Part shown: positions 11,867 to 23,775 of the stretch, piece by piece
How positions within the stretch are numbered: position 1 is the stretch's first letter
Layout of the letters: each line of letters opens with the position of its first letter
From: Callorhinchus milii
Lineage: Eukaryota
NCBI RefSeq assembly: GCF_018977255.1
Contig: NW_024704743.1
Coordinates: forward strand, 112,160,001 to 112,224,000
Direction of reading: 5' to 3'
Length of the DNA stretch: 64,000 nucleotides
Position numbers and translations under genes: made by a program
The notes under the pieces: model-generated
The model's input: only the letters and a program-made list of their open reading frames with translations
What the model was told of the DNA's origin: nothing
The model's database searches: none

Positions 11867-12090
11867 TTATAATAATAATAATCCTTGCATTTAATATGGC
11901 GCCTTTCATGTCAGGAAGAAGTCTCAAAGTGCTTCACAGGATTTTATTGTAAAGTGTAGTGCCTGTGGATTTTGTACGCAAATGGGGCAGCTAATTTGCA
12001 CACAGCAGTGTCCCGCAGGCTGCCGTGAATTGAACGCCTGATTTTTATCTGGGTGGTTGTAGGCCAGGACATGGGGATCAACTCCCTTTT
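11867..12090 (-). mobile_element. SINE family B, 3' half
   Basis: (AAT)n CCTTGCATTTAATATGGCGCC...GGCCAGGACA on the plus strand. Confidence 0.8.
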
Positions 12091-12825
12091 ATGCTAAATG
12101 TTTCACTTATCAACTACTACGTGCATTTCCATCACAACTGTCATGCAGGGTAGTGTCTTAGAGCACTGAAAAGACATCAAATATTTGTGGGAAATATTTT
12201 AAAAAATATCAGTTTTACCAAATTTCATGTATTAACAACATTCCCACTGCGGTATATACAAGGAATTAAGTCTTCCTACTGTACGAGTGTCAGTCTTTCC
12301 TTTGATCTTGTTTCTAAAAAGCAAAATTATAGCCAGAAGGAAATCCAATCTCTGTTGACATTCAGCCATATAATATTTTTCCTGTGCATAATGCATAGGG
12401 TATAACTAAATAAATAATAGGCATGAAGGTGTGAATTGTATACCAGCTTTTACATGTACATTGTAAATAATAATCCTTGCATTTGAGTAAAGAGGTATTA
12501 ATCAATAGTGGATAACTACAGCGAATTAGTAGTTTGTAACTCCCAATGTTATCAGTACTAAACACTGTACTAAAAATAATCATATTTCCTGGCACCCTTT
12601 GAGAATAGCGTAGGACATGGGGAGTGTGCAGATGTCTATCTATTTATGAGAAACACTATGTGGGGACAAGGATAAAGATTCTCACCGCCAATTCCTTATA
12701 TATAAAATAAAACAGATGCCTTATGTGTATTGCTCGAAGCAAAGCATGACTGCTGCCAGAAGTTGAGTCATGTAGATCAGTACACTGGATTTATACTTCC
12801 CACTCCTCATTATAATGCGGAGTTA

Positions 12826-13210
12826 AACAACAACACTAATTTGCATTTATACAGCGCCTCAAAGGGCATCTCTAAGCACTTGGGGGGTGGAGGGGGCAGG
12901 GGTTCGCGGTGAGGGAAGGTGACCGAACGTTCAGTGAAAACATAGTTCTTAAAGTGGGCTTCAAAGGTGGGGAGGGAGGGAATGGAGGGAGGGAGGGAGG
13001 AAGGAAGCGAGCAGACGGGCTCTGGGATACAGTTCTACTGAGCGAGGGTAGCATGGATGAAAACTCACCCACCAATGGAACAGGATTTGAAAGCGAGAAT
13101 GAGGATTTTGAAATCTACTAGGGGATAGGGATCCAGTGCAGCTGAGCAAGGAAGAGGGTAAAAGGTGTGTTCATAGAGCCTGGTGCGGGAGAGGACATGG
13201 AGCAGAGTGT
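12826..13210 (-). mobile_element. Old L2 LINE 3' fragment
   Basis: (AAC)n..TTGCATTTATACAGCGCC tail on the plus strand, followed by G-rich antisense ORF2 3' sequence. Confidence 0.55.
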
Positions 13211-13261
13211 AGCTTCTGTAGTCTGGTGAGCAGGACAACCCTGTTTTCAGAATTCTGGGTT

Positions 13262-13674
13262 ATATAATAATAATATTAATCCTTGCATTTGATTAAGCGC
13301 CTTATTATGTCTTCGGGACATCTCAAAGCACTTCACAGAATGTAATGTAAAGTGAATTGTCTGTATATTTTGTGGGCGAAACGCGGCAGCCAATTGTGCA
13401 CAGCAACATCCCACAAACAGTTGTGGTTTGAGTGACCAAATTATTTATTTATTTATTTACTTTTTTTTTAAGGGATTATTACACCTGGAAAAGCAATCCA
13501 CAAGAATCTAACAATCTAACAACCGATCTAACAACCAGATTCCAACTTACTGATAGATAACCAGAAACATGTGGAGTAAGGAAACTAGCCCAATGTTTTG
13601 CCCTGCCTGGGAATCGAACCCAGGTCCTCTCGCTTGTGAGGCGAGTGCTCTAACAACTAAGCTACAAGACTCCA
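13262..13674 (-). mobile_element. SINE family A, long subfamily
   Basis: Full-length reverse complement, with a small internal tandem expansion of ATCTAACAA at 13505-13540. Confidence 0.9.
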
Positions 13675-14059
13675 AGCACTGACGCTAGACTTTAGNAAAA
13701 AGTTCCTTAAGAAGAACTTAGGAGAGATGGTAACAACTATTCCCACTGCTACTTTTATGCAAAGCAATGGGACATCCAGCATTTGGATTTGTGCTTCTCA
13801 ATCCCAATTTATACTGAGTTTCTCATGGAGATACAGTTGTGAATAGTGCAGTAAAAACAAGGCATAACATTTCTTGTAAACTCTTGCCAGAACCAATTAA
13901 AAGAAGTTCTTTGCTTTTAACAAATGCATGTACTCAGTAGAAATTTTAAAGGGTCAAAAATGTCAAGTATTTCCAAAGTTTTTAGCTGAACTGTTCAAAC
14001 ATGGTAACACAGTGGCACAATTTTCACCAAAACCTGTCCGAGACTGTGTGCAACCTTAT

Positions 14060-14727
14060 TCAACACTCAGCTCTCTTTCATTCCTTACATCTGGTCTCTG
14101 GCCAAGATCACTTTTCTTCCTCTTTGCTACACTGCTCGCCTCAATCCCCATTTCCCACCTTATCTGGCTAAAACCATTATCCAGACCTTTGTCATCTCCA
14201 GACTTGATGTCCCCAATAACGTCCTCACCAGCATTTCCTAATACATCCCTACTTCCCACTCTCCATGAAAAGCTGTATATAAATATAAATTGTTGTTGTA
14301 GTGTGTTCAGCGTAACCCTCGTTCTCATCCTCCATGGTTTTGCTCCCCACTACCTCTCCGAACTTCTAATCCCATATCAGCCTGACCGCTTCCTCCGTTC
14401 AGCGGACACTGGTCTGCTTCAGGTTCCCCGCATTTCCTGCCCCACTATTGGTGGTTGGGCATTCAGCATCTCTGCCCCCATGCTCTGGAACGCTATCACA
14501 CAATCCCTCCACCTCACCCCCTCTCTTGCCTCCTTCAAGTCCTGTCTAAAGATTTTCCTCTTCGACCATGTCTTCGGACACCCTCCCACCCCACCCACCC
14601 AGGCCTCCATCCCTCCTGACCCCAACTCCCAGCTCGGGTAGGAAAACGCTTGACTGTCCAGCACCCTGAGATGTCTTTCCAACTTGAAGGACGCTATACA
14701 AGTGTAATTTGTTGTTGTTATTGTTGT
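14060..14727 (+). mobile_element. L2 LINE 3' fragment (L2-1)
   Basis: Translates to LRSADTGLLQVP...GGWAFSISAPMLWNAI...SLASFKSCLKIFLF, the typical L2 ORF2 C-terminus; (GTT)n tail. Confidence 0.85.
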
Positions 14728-15039
14728 AACTGATTTCATTGCATTCAAAATAGCATTGTTATTCTTGTGTGCAGTAACCAAGACGTATTTCTGTAACCAA
14801 GGTAGGAAGTTTTATAGTTTATTACAGATACAATGTAATAATTTACAATCATACTAAATCTTTTACAACATCAAGATTGAATGAACAACGAGCCATTCCA
14901 AGGGAACTCAGGAAAAGTTATCTCAAACTTTATAAGCTTGATAAACCTTGTTTCACATGTGGACACATTTTCCTATAGTTCTGCGGAACTAACAATCCTT
15001 CAAGTGATCTGGCAACAATTTTTAAAGGCCACTTAACGC

Positions 15040-15250
15040 AGAAGTGTTTGGCAAACGTTTGTTTGTTTGAGCAGGAAGCAGTTCTGTCTGTCTGCTCTGA
15101 CACGATGACCTCACGTGCAAGTGTTGGAAGTATTTTGCATTTTGAAGTGATTTATGTCATTAGGCTGTGTGTTCAGAAACAAACAAAAACACCTCCAACA
15201 GATAGCTTTTCATGACCCTGGTGCTGCCCCTTTAAGAATTGGAGTCAGCC
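15040..15250. promoter_or_regulatory. Candidate enhancer (motif cluster)
   Basis: TGATTTAT (Pbx-Hox type) overlapping TGTCA (Meis) at 15148-15159, plus TGTTTGTTT, TGACCT and CACGTG in non-repeat DNA. Motif evidence only. Confidence 0.3.
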
Positions 15251-15317
15251 TGACCCACTGAAATAAAAGACAAAAAAGGATGAGGGGCAGCATGCAGTAT
15301 AAATTAAGGGTATAATA

Positions 15318-15378
15318 ACAACAATAACTTGCATTTATATAGCACCCTCCATGCAGGGTAGCTTCTCAGAGCACTTAG
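15318..15378 (-). mobile_element. ~60-bp L2 tail-only insertion (family L2-2)
   Basis: AACAACAATAACTTGCATTTATATAGCACCCTCCATGCAGGGTAGCTTCTCAGAGCACTTA. Sister copies at ~12110, 21285, 26915, 48880 and 54542. Confidence 0.75.
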
Positions 15379-15809
15379 ACAACACGCAGGTACGGTCACA
15401 TTCAATGATTGTTAGTGGGTATGCAAGATACTATGATTCATTAAGCATTTAGAAATGTTTAGCACAAAAAAACTAAAATGTGGAAGCCTGAAAATGGGAT
15501 TTACAAAAGTTGTAAAATATTGTTTAAAAAAGCTTTTTATGACTGGTAAGTGCTCCATATATCAGATGCGTATGAAATCCCACAATAATGCACAGTGTTT
15601 GAGACAAAGCAGAACAACTACCTTATTCCCAGAGCCTGCATGTTGTCTAAGGAACACCTTGCATATTACAGCCTTAAGCTTCCCCATGTTTGCAAACTCA
15701 ACAAATCATTGTCTACAGTGACTGTACTTGCATTGCAGTTCTGCGAAAGCAAACATAACAACGTGCTCTTGATTAATTTGTGTTTACTGTAATATTTACT
15801 GACATTTTT

Positions 15810-16080
15810 GGTGATGACACAGCAGCCAACTCATATGCAGAAATATTCCATAAAAAGCCATTTCATCTGGGGGATTGTTAGCCAATCCCCCAGATGAAAC
15901 TCCCTTCTCTTTTCGAATAGTGGCACAGGATCTTTACTATCACCTCAACAGGTAGATGGGATTTCATATCTCATCTGACAGCTGCACCTGTCACAATGCC
16001 AGGCTCACCCCGGCATTGCACTGCCAAGAATGTAAACTCAAAATCCCATTATACGACTTGAACCCACAATTTTCTGGCTA
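15810..16080 (-). mobile_element. SINE family B, decayed, containing a perfect 17-bp hairpin
   Basis: TCCCTTCTCTTTTCGAATAGTGGCACAGGATCTTT..CTTGAACCCACAA on the plus strand. Confidence 0.75.
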
Positions 16081-16089
16081 TAAGATTTG

Positions 16090-16335
16090 GGATCTTTGAG
16101 ATTGAGACTGCATGTCTTGTCTTTTACCAATCCATCCTGAGTTTCCCAAATCAATCCTTATTTTTCACTCCATAATAAATTCTCTGGAATTTTACCCATA
16201 ACTGAGACATCCTAATGTGCCTATAATTTTGTAGCTTATCCTATTTCCCTTTTTAAGTAGAAGTATAATATTCACTGCTCTCTAGTCCTCTGACTTGATT
16301 TTGTTTTCTAAGATTTAAAGGTGATTATTGTGAAT
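16090..16335 (-). mobile_element. CR1 LINE internal (pre-RT) fragment
   Basis: Minus strand reads ED*RAVNIILLLKKGNR... then NYR..SVMGK across frameshifts, like the CR1 motif PEDWRxANV..FKKG..NYRPxSLTSVxGK. Confidence 0.6.
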
Positions 16336-16346
16336 GTTATCTGTAT

Positions 16347-16710
16347 ACAACAACAACGTCTTGGAATGCTTAACAGTGAGGGAGCCAGACAGCGAGCCAG
16401 GAGAGGAATTGATCATAAGCATGGTCGAAGAGAAAAGTTTTCAGCCATGATCTAAAAGAGGGGAAAGTGGGCACAAGGTGGAGGGATTGGGGCAGAGAGT
16501 TCCAAAGCTTTGAGGAATAGTGGCTGAAAGTACGACCGCCGATGGTGGAGCGGAGGGAAGAGAGACAAGCAGGAGGCCAGAGCCAGCCGAGCGGAGGTAG
16601 CAGATAGTTGTCTAAAGAAAAAACAGGTCAGAAAGGTAGAGGGGTACCTGGGCATGAACTAATTTGTAGATGAGTTAGAGGATCTTGGAATTGATCCATT
16701 CTGTGATCTG
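16347..16710 (-). mobile_element. L2 LINE 3' fragment (family L2-2)
   Basis: (CAA)n end, then antisense L2 C-terminal sequence (GAGTTCCAAAGC..GGCTGAAAGTACGACCGCC). Confidence 0.7.
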
Positions 16711-17028
16711 TTATTTCCAGAGGAAAAGTGTTGAAAAATCATTACTTTTCCATTGGAGTACCGCTTATTTTTAGGCCACCTGGAGGTTTTTATGGTTTTC
16801 AATTAATTAGAGCTATTTGAGAATGACTACCCATAATCTTTACCTTTATGAATATACAATGCTGAATGGACCCTTCACTTTCAATATGACTTGAATGTCT
16901 AGCACACCAATGACGTTACAAACTAGCAGCTCATATCTAACTTACCTTTCCTTGCTGAAGTTCTAGATCACATTTTTGCAAATCAACTGCATTTACACCT
17001 CTCCCTCTAGTCTCCATTCAAGCCCCTC

Positions 17029-17130
17029 CAACAACAACAACTTGCATTTATATAGCATCCTTCATGCGTCTCAGAGCTCTTAACAGTGGTGGAGCCTGAC
17101 ACTGAGCAGAGAGGAGGAAGGTTGAAGAGG
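17029..17130 (-). mobile_element. L2-2 3' end
   Basis: (CAA)4CTTGCATTTATATAGC...TTAACAGTGGTGGAGCCTGACACTGAGC matches 16347-16400. Confidence 0.7.
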
Positions 17131-17704
17131 AAGGCACCTCCTGACTTCTCCGACCTGCTTTCTCCCCGTTCCACCAGGATGTAAGGAAGGAAAGGGAGCT
17201 GAACAGATTCCAGAGACAGAGTGAGGTGGAGAGAGCAACCATGAATGTGGAGATTAAACTCAATTCTTCTCCACTGGGACCTTTGATGTTACCAGCTCCT
17301 GGCATTCACTTTACAATCATCAAGGTAACATCAAGCGAAGAGTAGACATAAAACTCCCAAACAGCGCAAGAAATTGCAAGTATTATATTAGTAGGTTGAC
17401 AGAGATGCTCACATCAGATCAAAGTGCAACAGACCAACTGAGGAGTAATCAACTGAACCATTTTTTAAGCCCTTACTGGGCAAGTCATAAGCAATCGTAA
17501 TGCACTTTAGTAATGTTCTGGCAAAGCTGCTATCCAGTAGCTGAGATGAAGGCAACAAAAAGGCGAAAGGTACTGGAGCTTTCTCACTTGAAGGTCTCAC
17601 AATCCCATATGCACACTACAGACAAATATAAAACTCCAAATTAACTCATGTCCCTAAACAACATACATACTCAGTTAACAAAAAAAAGTTTTTAAAAAAC
17701 AAAA

Positions 17705-17873
17705 TCCGTTCAAATATTCAAGACTGAGGTGGATAGATTTTTGTTAGGTAAGCATTTCAAGGGATATGGGGCGAGGGCGGTAATTGGAGTTGAGCTGCAG
17801 GTCAGCCATGATCATAGAATGGCAGGATAGGCTCGAGGGGCTGAATGGCCTATTCTTGTTCCTATGTTCCTAT
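17705..17873 (+). mobile_element. CR1 LINE 3' end
   Basis: TTCAAGACTGAGGTGGATAGATTTTTG...GGCTCGAGGGGCTGAATGGCCTATTCTTGTTCCTATGTTCCTAT, a typical shark CR1 tail. Confidence 0.85.
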
Positions 17874-18029
17874 AACACTAAAGCTCTTGACTGCTCTCCT
17901 TAATCTCACCTGTGATGCTACCGTTGAGCCAACATTCCTACGTTGCAGAGCTGGGGGGGGAAGAGAGAAATGTTGACTTTTGCACTTACATCAACCACCT
18001 GGGTTTTGTTGTGCCAATGACTTGGGAAT

Positions 18030-18240
18030 CGGACCCCTTAGCTACTGTGGTAGTTTTCTCTGCAGAGCGCCTCTCCAGTATTAACTGATACCACAACAGC
18101 AAACAGCAAGCATCGACTTCAGCATCTCGAAACACAAAATAGCTAAGTGCTTGTGCTATTATTCAGAACAGAGGCTTCAAACCTTGGCTAAACCCTGACT
18201 TTCTCCACACACACATGCACATAGACAGTAACAGCAGGGC
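18030..18240 (-). mobile_element. Possible AmnSINE2-like relic (3' part)
   Basis: Minus strand GTGTGTGTGGAG..TCAGGG..AATAGC..TACTGGAGAGGCG loosely follows my recollection of that consensus. Confidence 0.25.
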
Positions 18241-19072
18241 AGCTTTGCCAGAACTACAAAAGCGCTACAAACAAAACTGGCAAAGACAGGAGGAAGAGAT
18301 ATATTCAGTGCAGCTTCTTTTTTAAATTAACCATCAAATGGTTGCACGCAGAATTCACCCTCAAAAGGGAGGCTGGATTATTGTTATTTTTTTATATGCT
18401 GTGAAGATACCTGCTCACATGACATGTACTGATTTCCATCAATGGAGAAGGAAGAACATTGAAAAGGGATGAATCTGCTTTATATGAAGCCCTCCAGGGT
18501 TCCTGATTCATTGCCTTCTCTTATCTGTGTGCTGATCTAACCCCATTGTAAATACTTCCTTCAATTGGAAACGGACAGCAAAATATTAAAAACAGTCCAC
18601 ATAGTAATGTTTATTTTTTTAAAGTCGGGATATTGTTACTTCAGTTTTAATTTTTTTGCCATTGCGGTATTTCATTCAAATCATTTTTCTCTTAAATTCC
18701 ATTTACATTTTAATGCAGTAATCTACTTACTGACAGTTCTATTCCTAAGCCAGCCTGAGTAAACAGAGATGACTGGCTGGTTGATTTAGATGAGAAATTT
18801 ACCAGAATTTGACAGGTACATAATTGGAAAAGTGACACTATAACCTTAATCTGAAATACAATATTTATATGTTAAATTTTTGGTAAAATACAGTGGTGTG
18901 AATGGTGTAATTTGAACTCTCCAACCATCTTCAATTTAACTAGAAGTTATGAGCGTAGCTTTCCTGGGCTACCAGAAACTACAAATGACAAAGTGCAGTA
19001 TTACAGGATAAATATAAAGTGTGGTGTTATTTTGCTAAAATTCATATTTCCTGACAGCCTCTAGGGTACAGA

Positions 19073-19293
19073 TTATAATGTCAGAATGTGTGAATCCAAG
19101 GACGTGGAGAAATCTGTCCCATTGTTTCCATTGTCCCGACCACGAATGAGCCTCTCTCTCCGCACGACATTCCTCTGTTGGATAGTCCAGCCTGCATACC
19201 CAGACCAAGAAGAATGCTTGCGTGATGGAAGGATACAAAAAAGGTGTTTCTTCTCTCCCACAGTCAATCCATACGAGACATGTAAAGGTTGAC
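19073..19293 (-). CDS. Candidate distal terminal coding exon (phase 1): GQPLHVSYGLTVGEKKHLFCILPSRKHSSWSGYAGWTIQQRNVVRRERLIRGRDNGNNGTDFSTSLDSHILTL*
   Basis: Acceptor TTTATACTTCACCTTCTTGAAAG|GT. Non-repeat sequence, more GC/CpG-rich than its flanks, open to TAA at 19075-19073. AATAAA on the minus strand at 18615-18610. In frame with the 26-nt exon. Confidence 0.5.
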
Positions 19294-19521
19294 CTTTCAA
19301 GAAGGTGAAGTATAAATGTAAATGGAGATCAGAATTCAGTCTTGGATCGCCCGGGCAGCAGTCCACTGAGAAAAGCACAGGATCAGACAGTCCAAACATT
19401 ACCCCTGCTTTTATTTTTGAAAAATGCCTGAGGCTTATCATTTGATGAGAACTCCATTTTTTATATTTATTGTATACATTATGTATATAATAATATATTA
19501 TTCTATAGGGTCCAAATCCCT

Positions 19522-19595
19522 AACTGTCTAACGCCTTGGGGTATTGTCCCAACTGGAAAGGAGCTATACAAATGTAATCTGTTGTTGGTGTTATT
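19522..19595 (+). mobile_element. L2-1 tail-only insertion
   Basis: ACTGTCTAACGCCTTGGGG..GCTATACAAATGTAATCTGTTGTT. Confidence 0.7.
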
Positions 19596-19740
19596 GTGTA
19601 TATATATATATAAAATAATTTATAAAATAATTTGGTGATATTCTTTGGTGGCTTGTTTCCCTACCTATGGAAATATCAAGACTCACATGATTGACAAGGT
19701 CATAGGTCTGCAGAGAACCCCCAAAGACACCCGGATGAGC

Positions 19741-20590
19741 AATAATTACAGTCATAATCCTTACATTTGATATGGCTCCTTTGATGTAGGAAGGATGTCT
19801 CAAAGCACTTCACAGGATTTACTGCAAAGTGCAGTGACTTTGTGCTTTGTGCTTTGTAGGCGAGCGTGGCAGACAATTTGCGCACAGCAATGTCCCGCAA
19901 ACCAGGGGATCATTGACCAGGACACCAGGAGAAACTCCCTTTTCTGTTCAAACGTGGGCTAACGTTTCATCCACAAAATATACGGTCAATTTACTTTACA
20001 GAATATCTAATGCAAGGATTATTATTACTATTATTATTATGGGATCTTTAACGTCAACCAGGACAGGAAGAAGGGACCTTGGTTTAACACCTCTTTCAAA
20101 GGACGGAACCTTTAACAATTCAAAGCTCCCCCAGCACTGCATTAGTGTCAGCTAGACACTATAAGTTCAAAATTGTGGAGTGCTGTAGCTCAGTGGTTAG
20201 AGCACTCGCAAGCGAGAGACCTGGCTTCAATTCCCGGCAGGGCAAAATGTTGGGCAACTTTCCTTACTCCACACACCTCTGTTTACCTAGCAGTAAGTAG
20301 TAAGTTAGTCGATTGGTGGATTGCTTTTCCGGGGATAATAATCCATAAAAAAATGTAGTCACTCAATCCACGACTGTTTGTGAGACACTGCTGTGGACAA
20401 TTAACTGCCACGTTTCGCCCACAAATATAGTCAATTCACTTTACAGTATATTCTGCGAAGCACTTTGAGACGTGAAAAGCACTATATCAAATGCAAGGAT
20501 TATTATTATTTTATTATTAAAGTCCCAGTGTGGGACCTGAATCTATAGCCTTCTGAGGATAGAGTGCTACCAACTGAGCCAGGCTGACAC
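19741..20590 (-). mobile_element. SINE family B split into three pieces by two family A insertions
   Basis: Tail at 19741-19945, body at 20040-20172 and head at 20520-20590 are collinear on the minus strand. Confidence 0.8.
20175..20519 (+). mobile_element. SINE family A, long subfamily (nested)
   Basis: Complete from head to (TTA)n tail. Confidence 0.9.
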
Positions 20591-20924
20591 AAAGTATATC
20601 ACCCTCAGTTCTTATTTAATGCTTAGGGTTGGATCAATTTAACATTTTACTGCAATATTCCAATACATTCACAGCAGTACAGGTAATAGTTTATGTATAA
20701 AAGTAAATCTTCAGTAACAGATTTTAAGATTCTCAATTTAATACTACTCCATGAAAAGTGACCAAGAATTGATTTCTCAATACACTACACAACACTTGCT
20801 CATTAATCCTACTTCTCTGGATATGTGAAAGAACTCTCAGCTTTCAGGCATTGGAAAAATTGACAACATGTAAGAAATACTACCTTCAGGTTTTAACGCA
20901 ATTACTTTAGATGAACAAGAACTG

Positions 20925-21095
20925 CACAATAGAGAATTTCTTCCTGTGTCCTGGCCAACAATACGCCCCCCCCCCCCCACCACTGCCCCCCACCATAAAA
21001 TTGGTCATTACTTCATGGCTGTTCATGGGACGTTGCTGTAAAAAATTGCCCTCAAAATACACAAAAGGTGCTATATCAAATGTAAGGAATATTTA
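20925..21095 (+). mobile_element. SINE family B, partial
   Basis: GTGTCCTGGCCAACAAT..AAATTGGTCATT..GGTGCTATATCAAATGTAAGG. Confidence 0.7.
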
Positions 21096-22179
21096 TTTCT
21101 TAGTTTGGAAAGCCAGTTCCCTGCACTTTTTTAAAAAAGTTTCTAAATTACAATTAAAATTTATTTTGTTTCCAAAATTCTGCAATGATCTTCCATTTTA
21201 GGACAGGAGCCTCAAGGGGTCAGAACGCTCTCTCTTTCTTAATCTCAAGGCCACTGTCCTGTACAATTGTGTGGAATTTTGGAAACAACAACTTGCATTT
21301 ATATAGCGTCCCTCACACAGGGTAGCATCCCAGAGCACTTAAACGGTTTTAAATTCAATATCAGTGTTAAAGTCAGTATTACTCAGTTCTTTTCAGGTCT
21401 TTGGAGAAAAAATAACTTCAAAATTCAGTCTGAATTTCAGACAGTTTTCCAAAATTCCACAAATTTTAAATTTTCAGAAAGCTATGCTAAGCGTAAGAAC
21501 ATGAACCATTCTGGGCCTTTGGTCTCTTCAGAACACATTTATTCAGTAAAATAGATATGTGCAGGAGAGCAAAGATTTATTCTTCAAATGAGACTACTTT
21601 TAAACAAATGACACATGACAGCATTTACTTAACTGCACAACAGGGGGGGGGGGCTCTCTATCATTGAACCTTCCCCTTCCTCCCCCCTCTCGATACATTA
21701 TCATGCCAAATGTCAATTGTCCACGTAAGTTGGATCAAGAAAAATGAAATTCATTTTTAAAATGCACAAAACAATTGATTACAAATGAACAAATGTATCA
21801 TATAAACCAGACAAAAGCTAGAATTTTAATTCAACTAAAAATAAAACAAATCATGACCCTGGCATCATAACTGATAACAAAATACACAATGGCGACACTT
21901 GCAGTATATCCTGTGAAGCCATTTGAGATGTTCTCCCTGTGTGAAAGGAACTATATCAAAAATGTAAAGATTATTGTGTTCTTATAAAAATACAGCTTAA
22001 GTTCCACAAGTGGTTTATTGTTCAGCAAACCATCAATTCCATAACTCTATCCTCAGACACCGCCTCTCCTCTTTACTTAATCCCCACCCCCCCATCCCCC
22101 TGGCTCTATCCCGGGATCCATTACTGTAAAGCGCTCTGAGACGCCGTCCGGCGTGGAGGGCACTATATAAATCCATTTC

Positions 22180-23349
22180 ACGTCCTGCCCTTGCCTGGAT
22201 CGAATCCTATGTCTCTCACCGTATCCACTTCGTTGCCTCTAATGGTTTCTCCGCCAGCCCCTGCACTGTCACATCTGGCATCCACCCGGGCTCCGTCCTT
22301 GGCCCTCTCCTCTTTAATATCTACATGCTCCCCCTTGGTGACATCATCCGCAGACATGGGGTCAACTTCCATTTGTGTGCGGATGATACCCAACTCTATC
22401 CTTCTGCCTCCACCCTCAACTCCAGGACCATTGCTGTCCTGACAGACTACCTGTCGGACATCAAGTCCTGGATGAGGGCAAATTTCCTACAATTGAATGT
22501 GAACAAGACTGAGGCCCTCTTGATTGGCTCACGCCAGCACCTCTGCACTCTGGCTCTGGCAACATCAACCTCCATGGTTGCACACTTCAACTCACCAGCC
22601 AGTCAGGAACCTAGGTGTCTTGTTCGACCCTCAACTGTCTTTTCTCCCCCACATTCAAGCCATGACCCGCTCTGCCTTCCCTCACCTCCATAACATCGCC
22701 CGACTCCGCCATTACCTCACCCCTCAGACCGCTGAAACTCTTGTTCATGCCTTCATCGCCTCCAGACTCAACTATGCAAACACCCTGCTTGTCAGCCTTC
22801 CCAACTCCTCCCTCCACAGGCTGCAGATAATCCAGAACGCTGCAGCTCGTGTCCCCTCCCGCACCAAACTCCGTGACCCCATCTCCCCTGTCTCCCGATC
22901 GGCTCCTTATCCTTCAGAGGATCTAGTTCAAGATCCTGGTCCTCACCTACAAAGCCCTCCATGGCCTCACCCCACCCTATCTCTGCTACCTCCTAACCCC
23001 CTACCAACCCGCCCGTTCCCTCCGCTCAGCCGGCTCTGGCCTGCTCCACGTCCCCCGACCCACCGGCCCCAACATTAGCGGGAGAGCCTTCAGCCACTCT
23101 GCCCCCAACCTCTGGAATTCCATCCCCCAGTCACTCCGCCTCGTCCCCTCCTTAGCCTCTTTCAAGTCCCGCCTCAGGACCCTCCTCTTCGACCATGCCA
23201 TTGGCCACCCCACTTCCCCTCCCCTTCCTTCTCCCCCCCACCCCCGACCGACCCCAGCTCAGGGCTGAAATGCTGTACACTGTCCAGCGCCTTGGGACGT
23301 GCTCCTGACGTGAAAGACGCTATACAAATGTAATCTTGTTGTTGTTGTT
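22180..23349 (+). mobile_element. L2 LINE (L2-1, LINE2-1_CM-like), 5'-truncated, with reverse-transcriptase C-terminal half; frameshifted
   Basis: Translates to [44 protein letters not shown] (RT; YADD mutated to CADD), [24 protein letters not shown] and LQIIQNAAAR. Ends in AATCTT(GTT)n. A separate short L2-type tail precedes it at ~22040-22178. Confidence 0.95.
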
Positions 23350-23569
23350 TCTATATTGTATTCAGAAACTGAGTATAAATCTATACAATTAGAAGCTATT
23401 CATCTGAAGAGGACTTTCCTCAAGTCACCAGCTATCAAAATCAACTCGTTACTAAGGAGGCTTTAAGTCCCGTTATTTTAAAGGACACTGCACAGAGAAA
23501 ATGTTTTGATGAAAGTATGACTTACTCTTTTTCTTAACTGCACAGAAATAAAACAATTCAGTATTTTCA

Positions 23570-23775
23570 TAAACAAAAGGCAAGTTCAAGACAGACACCA
23601 GGAAGTATTTATTTATCCAGCCAACTGGAACAAGTTACCAGGAAGGGTTGTTGAAGCCAAGAAGCTGAACTCATTTAACAGCAGCTTGATGTTACGTTGG
23701 GGGAACATTAGGGTCAGTAGCCTGGAAGGGTGATATTAAGGCCAAAGGGCCTTCTTCAAATGTGATCTCTTGTGA
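23570..23775 (+). mobile_element. CR1 LINE 3' end, decayed
   Basis: AAAGGCAAGTTCAAGACAGACACCAGGAAGTATTT..TGGAACAAGTTACCAGG; same family as 1150-1560. Confidence 0.7.

Noticed and set aside
13928..14641. Longest ORF (237 aa) as a host gene
   Set aside because: Its C-terminal part is L2 ORF2 sequence and the rest is frameshifted repeat and flank.
22325..23078. Reverse-transcriptase ORFs as a functional or domesticated RT system
   Set aside because: 5'-truncated, frameshifted, catalytic YADD changed to CADD, with an ordinary L2 tail.
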